Shown piece after piece: positions 53,673-60,957 of a stretch of 64,000 bases of DNA. The notes below the pieces were generated by a model that was not told the origin of the DNA, made no database searches, and saw nothing but the letters and a program-made list of their open reading frames with translations. The DNA lies in NCBI GenBank assembly GCA_963722175.1, contig CAVRKA010000001.1:117555-181554 (forward strand). The letters run 5' to 3'. This DNA comes from an uncultured Solirubrobacterales bacterium. GTDB lineage: Bacteria; Actinomycetota; Thermoleophilia; Solirubrobacterales; 70-9. Numbering within the stretch: the stretch's first letter is position 1; every line of letters begins with the position of its first letter. The position numbers and the translations under genes were made by a program.

Positions 53673-54103
53673 CCGTCCCGCCCCGCCTCTCCGTCGCCAC
53701 TCTCGGCGCCCGCGACATCCCCACCCTCCGCGCCTTCTACGAGGGCCTCGGCTGGACCACCACGACGAAGTCCGACGACTTCGCCGCCTTCCCGCTCGGC
53801 GGCGCCGTCTTCTGCATCTTCGACGTCGACCACCTGGCCGCCGAGGCCGGCGGCCTCCCGGTCCCTGACCCGGTGCCGTTCAAGGGCTTCTCACTCTCCA
53901 TCAACGTCGACGAGCGCGACCAGGTCGACACCGCCCTCGCCGCCGCACGCGATGCCGGCGCCACCGTGCTCGCTGAGCCCGTCGACCGCGACTGGGGCGG
54001 CTGCTCCGCCTACTTCGCCGACCCCGAGGGCAACGCCTGGGAGATCGCGTGGCTCCCGGGCGCCACGTTCGATGACCGCGGCGCTTTGATCTGGCCCTTC
54101 TGA
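53669..54103 (+). CDS. VOC (glyoxalase/bleomycin-resistance/dioxygenase) family protein
   Basis: 144 aa. ...LSVATLGARDI...FYEGLGW......F.L.G.VF.I......FSLSI.V........A...GA.V...P.D..WGG...YFADP.GN.WEIAW. The ATG overlaps the preceding stop (ATGA). Confidence 0.8.
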   Translation: MTVPPRLSVATLGARDIPTLRAFYEGLGWTTTTKSDDFAAFPLGGAVFCIFDVDHLAAEAGGLPVPDPVPFKGFSLSINVDERDQVDTALAAARDAGATVLAEPVDRDWGGCSAYFADPEGNAWEIAWLPGATFDDRGALIWPF

Positions 54104-54156
54104 GCGCGGCGATCGCCGGCGCCTTGACGCTCGCCGCGCTTCGATACGGTCGCGAG

Positions 54157-55026
54157 ATGTCCGACATGCCACACGTCGACGGCGTCCGTCACCGCTTCAT
54201 CGGCGCCAACGGGATCGTCCATCACGTCGCCGAGGCCGGCGCCGACGACGGCGACCCGGTCCTGCTCCTCCACGGCTGGCCGCAGCACTGGTACGAGTGG
54301 CGCCACCTGATCCCGGCGCTCGCCGACCGCCACCGCGTCCTGGCGCTCGACCTGCGCGGGTTCGGGTGGTCGGATGCCCCGCCCTGGGGCTATGAGAAGG
54401 AGCAGCTCGCGACCGACGTCCTCGCCGTCCTCGACGCGCTCGGCATCGACCGCGTCAAGCTGGTCGGCCACGACTGGGGCGGCTGGATCGGCTTCCTGCT
54501 CTGCCTGCGCGCGCCGGAGCGCTTCGACCGCTTCCTCGCCCTCGGCATCCCTCACCCCTGGCAGACGGTCGGCAGCGGCTGGCGCGACCTGCCGCGCTTC
54601 TGGTACCAGGTGCCGATCATCACCCCGGGACTCGGCTACGCGCTCCACCGCAGCGGCCTCTTCGTCCGCGCCGCGCTGCGCAGCGGCGTCACCGACGGCA
54701 ACGCCTTCGACCGGACGACGATCGCGTCGTTCGCCGACAACCTCGCCGAGCCGGCGCGTGCCCGCGCGTGCGTGCAGGTCTATCGCGTCTTCGTCCTGCA
54801 CGAGTCGCTGCCGGTGGCCCGCGGCCGCTACATGTCGTCGCGGCTGACCGTCCCCACCCGCCTGGTGGCCGGCGCGGACGATCCCGTGGTCAGCCCGGCG
54901 ATGATCGCCGGCTGGGAGGCGCACGCCGACGAGATGTCCGTGGAGCTGGTCGCGGACTGCGGCCACTTCATCGCCGACGAGCGACCGCAGCTGGTCGCCG
55001 ACGAGGCGCGCGCTCTGTTCGCCTGA
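54157..55026 (+). CDS. Alpha/beta hydrolase (epoxide hydrolase/haloalkane dehalogenase-like)
   Basis: ...PVLLLHGWPQHWYEWRHLIP.L....RV.ALDLRGFG.SD.P... and nucleophile elbow VGHDWGG. C-terminal ...CGHFI..E.P. Confidence 0.8.
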   Translation: MSDMPHVDGVRHRFIGANGIVHHVAEAGADDGDPVLLLHGWPQHWYEWRHLIPALADRHRVLALDLRGFGWSDAPPWGYEKEQLATDVLAVLDALGIDRVKLVGHDWGGWIGFLLCLRAPERFDRFLALGIPHPWQTVGSGWRDLPRFWYQVPIITPGLGYALHRSGLFVRAALRSGVTDGNAFDRTTIASFADNLAEPARARACVQVYRVFVLHESLPVARGRYMSSRLTVPTRLVAGADDPVVSPAMIAGWEAHADEMSVELVADCGHFIADERPQLVADEARALFA

Positions 55027-55103
55027 CGGTCCCGGGAATCGGCGCATCGCGACACCACCGCGTCTACCCTGCGAGCTCGGACCTGGGAGAGGACGGGGGA
55101 GAC

Positions 55104-57350
55104 GTGAGGGCAAGCCAACCAACGCGCGCGCTCGTGGCCGTGGCCGCGATCCTCGGCGCGCTCGCGCTGGTCCCGTCCGCGCAGGCCGCGATCCCGAGCA
55201 TCCCCGACGGTGCCGGCGCCCAGATCGCCTGCGCCGAGCAGACCGGCCCGGACGCCGGCGAGCGCCACTGCTCCGGGATCTTCACCACCTTCGACGGCGC
55301 CCCGATCGACATCAACGTCGGCTTCCCGCCCGCCCCCGCGTCGGGCCCCGACGCCAACTTCCCGATCGTCGGCGTCTTCCACGGCTGGGGCGGGTCGAAG
55401 ATCTCGCTGACCGGCGACGGGATGCAGGAGTGGCTCGACGACGGCTACGCCGTCTTCAGCATGAGCGACCGCGGTTGGGGCAACTCGTGCGGCGGCACGG
55501 ACCCGAAGCGCCTGCAGCCGGTGTGCGCCGATGGCTACAACCACCTGATGGACACGCGGTACGAGGTCCGCGACGCCCAGGAGGTCTTCGAGGCCCTCGC
55601 CGACGCCGGATCAGGCCTGATCGACCCGCGGGCGATCGCCTCCACCGGCGGCTCATACGGCGGCGGGACCTCGATGGCGCTCGGCGCACTCAAGAATCGC
55701 CAGATGCTGCCCGACGGGACCCTCGTCCCGTGGACGAGCGCCGGCGGCAAGGCCATGCAGATCGCCGCCGTCCAGCCCAACATCCCGTGGACCGACCTCC
55801 CCGCCTCGCTGCAGCCCAACGGCTCGACGCTCGACTACGTCGCCGACGCGCCCTACCTCGGGCCCAACGGCGACCGCCGCATCGGCGTCCTCAAGCGGTC
55901 GTTCGTCGCGGGCCTCTTCGGCCTCGGGCTCGCGAGCAGCAACTACGCGCCGGCCGGCAGCGATCCGGACGCCGACCTGATCCAGTGGTACGCGGCGATC
56001 AACGCCGGCGAGCCCTACGACGAGAACCCGCTCTCACAGGACATCGTCGCCGAGCTGACCGCCCATCATTCCTCGTACTACATCGACGACTCGGTCGCGC
56101 CCGCGCCGATGTTGATCACCAACGGCTGGACCGACGACCTGTTCCCGCCCGACGAGGCGATCCGCTTCTACAACCGCACCCGCACCCACCACCCGGGGAC
56201 GGCGATCGCGCTGATCTTCAGCGACCACGGCCACCAGCGTGGCCAGAACAAGGACGTCGACACCGATTTCCGCAGCTCGCAGACCCATGCCTGGTTCGAC
56301 CACTACGTCAAGCACAGGGGCTCCCAGCCGTTCCAGGGCGTCCAGACCCTGACCACGACCTGTCCCGATGCCGCGCCCTCCGGCGGAGCGACCGGCGACT
56401 TCGACGCTCTGGCCACCGATACGCCGTTCCGGGCGCCGACCTGGGCCGCCCTGGCGCCCGGCGAAGTCCGCCTGTCCTCGGCCCCCGCCCAGACGATCCA
56501 GCCTGGGCCCGGCGACGGCGCCGGCCAGGCCTACGACCCGATCGCCGGCGGCGGCGCCTGCGCCACGGTGGCCGAGGCGACCTCCGATTCGCCCGGCGCG
56601 GCCACCTACCGGCTCGACCCCGCTCCGGCGGGCGGATACACCCTGATGGGGTCGCCGACGGTGATCGCCGAGATCGTCGCCGCCTCGCCGACCTCACAGG
56701 TGGCGGCGCGGCTGGTCGACGTGGCGCCCGACGGCGAGCAGACCCTCGTCGCACGTGGGCTCTACCGGCCGACGACCGAGACCCGGCAGGTGTTCCAGCT
56801 GCACGCCAACGGCTGGCGCTTCGCCAAGGGACACGCGCCAAAGCTGCAGCTGCTGCCCTCCGACGAGCCCTACAGCCGCGAGTCCAACGGCCAGGCGCCC
56901 GTAACCGTCTCCGACCTCGAGCTGCGCCTGCCGGTGCTCGAGCAGCCGGGAACCGGGCCCGTCCAGTCCCCGGCGCCCAAGGTCCTGCCGCCCGGCTATC
57001 AACTCGCGATCGATTACCGGCCCGGCGGCGCCTGCGCGGCTTCGCCGAAGACCGGGAGCCGCAAGAACGACAAGCTGCGCGGCACCGCCGGCGACGACGT
57101 GATCCGCGGCCGGCGCGGGGCCGACAAGCTCAAGGGCCGCGCCGGCGACGACTGCCTGTTCGGAAACCAGGGCCGCGACCGCGCCTCGGGCGGGGGCGGC
57201 GACGACCTGATCCGCGGCGGCGCGGGCAACGACAAGCTCAAGGGCGGGCCGGGCGCCGACACGCTCGCCTGCGGCCAGGGCCGCCACGACAAGGCGGTCC
57301 CGGACAAGGCAGACAAGGTTCGCGGCTGCGAGCGCGTCCGCCGCGCCTGA
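55104..57350 (+). CDS. Secreted alpha/beta hydrolase (CocE/NonD, X-Pro dipeptidyl-peptidase S15-like) with C-terminal RTX-type Ca-binding repeats
   Basis: GTG at 55104 follows a GGGAGAGGACGGGGGAG purine run. Signal ...ALVAVAAILGALALVPSAQA. GxSxG elbow is TGGSYGGG. The C-terminus has GTAGDDVIRGRRGADKLKGRAGDDCLFGNQGRDRASGGGGDDLIRGGAGNDKLKGGPGADTL nonapeptide-like repeats. Confidence 0.6.
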   Translation: MRASQPTRALVAVAAILGALALVPSAQAAIPSIPDGAGAQIACAEQTGPDAGERHCSGIFTTFDGAPIDINVGFPPAPASGPDANFPIVGVFHGWGGSKISLTGDGMQEWLDDGYAVFSMSDRGWGNSCGGTDPKRLQPVCADGYNHLMDTRYEVRDAQEVFEALADAGSGLIDPRAIASTGGSYGGGTSMALGALKNRQMLPDGTLVPWTSAGGKAMQIAAVQPNIPWTDLPASLQPNGSTLDYVADAPYLGPNGDRRIGVLKRSFVAGLFGLGLASSNYAPAGSDPDADLIQWYAAINAGEPYDENPLSQDIVAELTAHHSSYYIDDSVAPAPMLITNGWTDDLFPPDEAIRFYNRTRTHHPGTAIALIFSDHGHQRGQNKDVDTDFRSSQTHAWFDHYVKHRGSQPFQGVQTLTTTCPDAAPSGGATGDFDALATDTPFRAPTWAALAPGEVRLSSAPAQTIQPGPGDGAGQAYDPIAGGGACATVAEATSDSPGAATYRLDPAPAGGYTLMGSPTVIAEIVAASPTSQVAARLVDVAPDGEQTLVARGLYRPTTETRQVFQLHANGWRFAKGHAPKLQLLPSDEPYSRESNGQAPVTVSDLELRLPVLEQPGTGPVQSPAPKVLPPGYQLAIDYRPGGACAASPKTGSRKNDKLRGTAGDDVIRGRRGADKLKGRAGDDCLFGNQGRDRASGGGGDDLIRGGAGNDKLKGGPGADTLACGQGRHDKAVPDKADKVRGCERVRRA

Positions 57351-57380
57351 ACGCGCCGCCGGTCAAATAGGCTGGCCTCG

Positions 57381-58049
57381 ATGAAGCAGCTCGCCGACGG
57401 CGTCTGGCAACTCTCCGGTTTCCCCCCGAACTCGATCAACGTCTTCGTGCTCGAGGACGTCCTGATCGACGCCTCCACCCGCTACGCGACCCGGCGCATC
57501 CTGCGCCAGGTCCCCGACCGGAACCTGTCCGCGCACGCGCTCACCCACGCCCACCCCGACCACCAGGGCGCCAGCCACAACGTCTGCGAGCGGCTCGGGA
57601 TCCCCTTCTGGGTCGGCGACGGCGACGCCGACGCCGCCGAGAACCCGGACCTGATCGGCGAGCGCCAGCCCGACCACTTCATGGCCCAGCTGTTCTTCAA
57701 GACCTGCACGGGCCCCGGCCACCCGGTCGACCGCAAGCTCGTCGAGGGCGACGAGGTCGCCGGCTTCCAGGTCCTCCACGTCCCCGGCCACTCGGCCGGC
57801 CACCTCGCGTTCTGGCGCGAATCCGACCGCGTCCTGATCGCCGGCGACGTCTTCAACAGCGCCAACCCGTTCACCGGCATCCCCGGCCTGCGGCTGCCCT
57901 ACGACTTCTTCACGCCCGACCCGGCTCAGAACCGGCGCTCCGCCAAACGCCTCGGCGACCTCGAGCCGAAGCTCGTCCTGCTCGGCCACGGCCCGCCGTA
58001 CCGCGACACGAAGAAGTTCGTCGACTTCTGCGCAGCGCTACCCGGCTAA
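57381..58049 (+). CDS. MBL-fold metallo-hydrolase
   Basis: HxHxDH motif (THAHPDHQGAS) and downstream ...HVPGHS.GH... ligands. Confidence 0.8.
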   Translation: MKQLADGVWQLSGFPPNSINVFVLEDVLIDASTRYATRRILRQVPDRNLSAHALTHAHPDHQGASHNVCERLGIPFWVGDGDADAAENPDLIGERQPDHFMAQLFFKTCTGPGHPVDRKLVEGDEVAGFQVLHVPGHSAGHLAFWRESDRVLIAGDVFNSANPFTGIPGLRLPYDFFTPDPAQNRRSAKRLGDLEPKLVLLGHGPPYRDTKKFVDFCAALPG

Positions 58050-58519
58050 GCGCCCTCGGCAGCCTTCGCAGCGTCGCACTGCGCACCGATCGACTCGAGC
58101 GTTTCGCGGACCTCGGAGGTGCTGGAGCCGAGCGCGGGCAGGAAGTCCTCCGCGATCCCCCGCGCATAGACCGGCCACATCAGCTCGAGCATCTCGCGAC
58201 CGTCGTCCGTGAGTTCGATGTAGAAGCTGCGCCGGTCCGTGTCGCAGGACGTGCGGCGGACCAGGTCGCGGTCAGCGATCCGGTCGATCAGCCGGCTGAG
58301 GCCGCTGTTCGAGAGCAGCACCCGCTCCGCCAGCTCGACCTGGCGCAGTCTCCCGTCGGCGTCCTGTAGCGCGGCGAGCACGTCGTACCAGCTCAGCGGG
58401 GGGAGGTCCGCCTCGTCGAGGTCGGCGGCGATCCGCCGCAGCATCGTCGAGTGGGCGCGCAAAAAGGCCCGCCATGCAGCGAGTTCGTCGGCCGAGAGCA
58501 TGTCCGTTGCCGCGCTCAT
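58046..58519 (-). CDS. MarR family transcriptional regulator
   Basis: ATG at 58519 (internal to ORF 58046..58603). The winged HTH is ...LSWYDVLAAL....GRLRQVELAERVLLSNSGLSRLIDRIADRDLVRR..C..DRR......T..G. Confidence 0.85.
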   Translation of the reverse strand: MSAATDMLSADELAAWRAFLRAHSTMLRRIAADLDEADLPPLSWYDVLAALQDADGRLRQVELAERVLLSNSGLSRLIDRIADRDLVRRTSCDTDRRSFYIELTDDGREMLELMWPVYARGIAEDFLPALGSSTSEVRETLESIGAQCDAAKAAEGA

Positions 58520-58542
58520 GGGGCAGATTGTACCGAAGATAG

Positions 58543-58570
58543 TTGACAATGCAACGGTTTCCTGTATGAT
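58543..58570 (+). promoter_or_regulatory. Near-consensus sigma-70 promoter for the yceI-like operon, overlapped by repeated GTTGCA-type operator motifs
   Basis: TTGACA (58543-58548), 16-nt spacer, TATGAT (58565-58570). AGGAGG at 58605-58610 lies 7 nt before the ATG at 58618. GTTGACA, ATGCAAC, GTTGCAC and GTTGCAT copies occur at 58542, 58549, 58572 and 58587. Confidence 0.5.
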
Positions 58571-58617
58571 TGTTGCACTAACAACAGTTGCATCGTCATC
58601 CAATAGGAGGCTTTCAG

Positions 58618-59166
58618 ATGACCACAGCGACGCAAACCACGCGCCTGGTGCCGACCGGCACCTGGCAGATCGACAACACGCACTCGAGCGCCAACTACGA
58701 GGTCGAGCACGGGGGGCTGTCCGTGTTCCGCGGCGGCTTCGAGCCGATCGACGCGACCCTCGTCGCCGACGGCGACGGCGCCGTCCTGACGGGCCGGGTC
58801 GCGGTCGAGAGCATCAAGATCGATGACGAGAACCTGCGGCCGCACCTGCTGTCGCCGGACTTCTTCGACGTCGAGCGCAATCCGGAGATCACCTTCCGGT
58901 CGACCGAGATCGGCGGGTCCGCCGACGACCTCACCGTCACCGGTGAGCTCGCGATGGCCGGCGTCTCGCTCCCGGTCCATGCCAAGGGCAAGATCCGCGG
59001 ACCGGTCTCCTTCGGCGAGGGCATCGACAAGCTCTCGCTCTCGCTCGAGGCGACCGTCGACCGCACCCTGTTCGGGATGGTCTGGCAGATGGAGCTGCCG
59101 GGCGGCGGCCAGGCGCTCGCCAACGATGTCCGTCTGACCGTCGAGCTCGAGCTCAACAGGAGCTGA
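58618..59166 (+). CDS. YceI family (polyisoprenoid-binding) protein
   Basis: ...W.ID..HS.....V.H.G.S...G.F........G.V....I......R..HL.S.DFFDVE..P.ITF.S.......L.V.G.L...GV. matches the YceI pattern. Confidence 0.8.
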   Translation: MTTATQTTRLVPTGTWQIDNTHSSANYEVEHGGLSVFRGGFEPIDATLVADGDGAVLTGRVAVESIKIDDENLRPHLLSPDFFDVERNPEITFRSTEIGGSADDLTVTGELAMAGVSLPVHAKGKIRGPVSFGEGIDKLSLSLEATVDRTLFGMVWQMELPGGGQALANDVRLTVELELNRS

Positions 59167-59171
59167 TCTCG

Positions 59172-59735
59172 ATGCGGATCCTCGCCATCTCGGGCAGCGT
59201 CCGGCGCGACTCCCATAACACGCGCCTGCTCCGCCACGCGGCGGAGCGGGCGCCGGCGGGGATCGAGATCGAGGTCTGGGACGGGCTGAAGTCGATTCCT
59301 CCCTACGACGAGGACGACGACGGCCCGATCCCGCCGCACGCGGTCGCCGAGCTGCGGGAGGCGATCGCCGAGGCCGACGGCCTGCTGATCGCGACCCCCG
59401 AGTACAACTCGTCGATCCCGGGCGTGCTCAAGAACGCGATCGACTGGGCGTCCCGGCCGCGCGCGACGACGCCCCTGCAGGGCAAGCCGGCGGCAGTGAT
59501 CGGCGCCACCACCGGCAGCTTCGGCGCCGTCTGGGCGCAGGCCGAGCTGCGCAAGGTGCTCGCCTCGACCGGTGCCCGGGTCGTCGACCTCGAGCTGCCG
59601 CTCAGCAAAGCCGACGAGGCCTTCGACGACGACGGCGCCCTGATCTCGACCGACCACGACGACCGGATGCTCGAGGTGCTCGGCGCCCTCGCCACCGAGA
59701 TCACCACCGGCCGCGAGCTCGCGGTCGCCGCCTGA
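59172..59735 (+). CDS. NADPH-dependent FMN reductase family oxidoreductase
   Basis: MRILAISGS.R..S.N..L.......AD.L.IATPEYN.S.PGVLKNAIDW.SRP is the flavodoxin-like FMN_red signature. Confidence 0.85.
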   Translation: MRILAISGSVRRDSHNTRLLRHAAERAPAGIEIEVWDGLKSIPPYDEDDDGPIPPHAVAELREAIAEADGLLIATPEYNSSIPGVLKNAIDWASRPRATTPLQGKPAAVIGATTGSFGAVWAQAELRKVLASTGARVVDLELPLSKADEAFDDDGALISTDHDDRMLEVLGALATEITTGRELAVAA

Positions 59736-59943
59736 CCTGGGCGCTCGCGAGCCAGGTGCGGCCGGGACTCCGGACCTAGATGGTTGATTCCGCTGCCCCG
59801 CGTGCGCGGGGGCGCGCGGGACCGAGCTGGGCGTGGCGATCGGGCGAAGCCCATGCCGGTGGGCATGGGCGAGTCCCGAGCGTCGCGATCCAGCGACGGT
59901 ATCCGTGCGTCATCCGCGTGCGTGAAGGCGTGGAATCACCCAT

Positions 59944-60642
59944 CTAAGTGCTTCGAAGGACCCGGCGCGCCTCGTCCAGCGCCGCGCGCGCCGTCTCCGG
60001 GAGCTGGCGGCGCACCCGCCATCGCGCTCCTGAGAACCCGAGGTTCGCGACCTTGGCGAAGCCGAGCTCGTCCTCGCGCAGCGCCAGCAGCAGGTGGGCG
60101 ACGCGGTCACCGGCCGGAAGTTCGGCCGTCTCGGCCACCCGCACGCACCAGCAGTCGACCCGCCGCCCGTGCGAGCGGACCAGGAACGCTCCCTGCTCGC
60201 CGACCAGCCACGCGCCGAGCGTGCCGCGCTGCAGCGCCAGCCCTGTGTCCCGAAGCAGGTCGCGCTCCGCGTGGCCGACGAGGTCGCCGAGCAGGCCGAG
60301 CGCGACGCCCTCGGCACCGGGGTCGGCTTCGCCTCGGTGCGCGGCGCTTCGCTCGCTGCCGATCGGGACCACCTGGCGGGCGCCGCGGCGCGCCTGGATC
60401 CACGGCACGAACCAGGCGTGGGCGAAGCAGATCGCCGCGACCGGGAAGGTCAACGGCTCGATCGCCAGCAGCAGCGCCCCCGGGGCGACGAACACGAACA
60501 CGATCCAGCTCGTCCACACGGTCCACCGCCGCCCGTCGCGGCGCAGGGTCCGCTCGCTGGCCTCCTCGCGCCAGGGGAGGCGCGCGGCCTCGCTGAGCCC
60601 GCCGGCCGTGGGCGCCCGAGCCGGCTCCAGCACGCGGTCCAC
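59944..60642 (-). CDS. Hypothetical protein with two predicted TM helices and an unassigned C-terminal domain
   Basis: GTG at 60642 lies 10 nt after the upstream stop. WTVWTSWIVFVFVAPGALLLAIEPLTFPVAAICFAHAWFVPWI is the hydrophobic pair. About 150 aa with no recognised motifs follow. Confidence 0.45.
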   Translation of the reverse strand: MDRVLEPARAPTAGGLSEAARLPWREEASERTLRRDGRRWTVWTSWIVFVFVAPGALLLAIEPLTFPVAAICFAHAWFVPWIQARRGARQVVPIGSERSAAHRGEADPGAEGVALGLLGDLVGHAERDLLRDTGLALQRGTLGAWLVGEQGAFLVRSHGRRVDCWCVRVAETAELPAGDRVAHLLLALREDELGFAKVANLGFSGARWRVRRQLPETARAALDEARRVLRST

Positions 60643-60652
60643 GCTGGACGGT

Positions 60653-60877
60653 CTAGCCGCCGGCGATCGGCCGCCGCAGGACGACCAGATCGGCGTCGAG
60701 CGGCAGCTCGCGCACGACCTCCGCGGTCCCGTCGGCGCGGCTGACCGACGCCAACATCCCGGTGTCGAGCTGCTCGCGCAGGGCCGTGGCCGCGGCGTCG
60801 AATGCCTCCGGGTCCGCCGGCGACCACTCGGCCACCGTCGTGTGGCCAGTGCGATCGAGCTTGATCAGTCGTCCCAC
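60653..60877 (-). CDS. Small beta-grasp-like (ThiS/MoaD/ubiquitin-like) protein ending in Gly-Gly
   Basis: GTG at 60877 lies 6 nt after GAGGAGGAGG (the ORF track starts at 60913). The 74-aa product is (V)GRLIKLDRTGHTTVAEW...DPEAFDAAATALREQL...LPLDADLVVLRRPIAGG-stop. The C-terminus parallels the ThiS ...VIAGG ending. Confidence 0.45.
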   Translation of the reverse strand: MGRLIKLDRTGHTTVAEWSPADPEAFDAAATALREQLDTGMLASVSRADGTAEVVRELPLDADLVVLRRPIAGG

Positions 60878-60957
60878 CTTCAACCTCCTCCTCGGGAAGA
60901 ACAGAGAGTTCAAGGCAGCCTACGCCGATCGTCTCTGCGGCCATTAGCCTGCCGCCC

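Noticed and set aside
59790-59815. CTGCCCCGCGTGCGCGGGGGCGCG resembles a type I-E CRISPR repeat.
   Set aside because: It occurs only once, with no regularly spaced repeats, spacers or cas genes in the window.
53467-60900. Searched by eye for a direct repeat of the tRNA-Ala 3' end (GGTTCGAGCCCGACTAGCTCCA) that would mark the far end of an integrated island.
   Set aside because: I found no convincing copy and no integrase. The island hypothesis for the VOC to MarR cluster is therefore left unsupported. It needs a computational repeat search.
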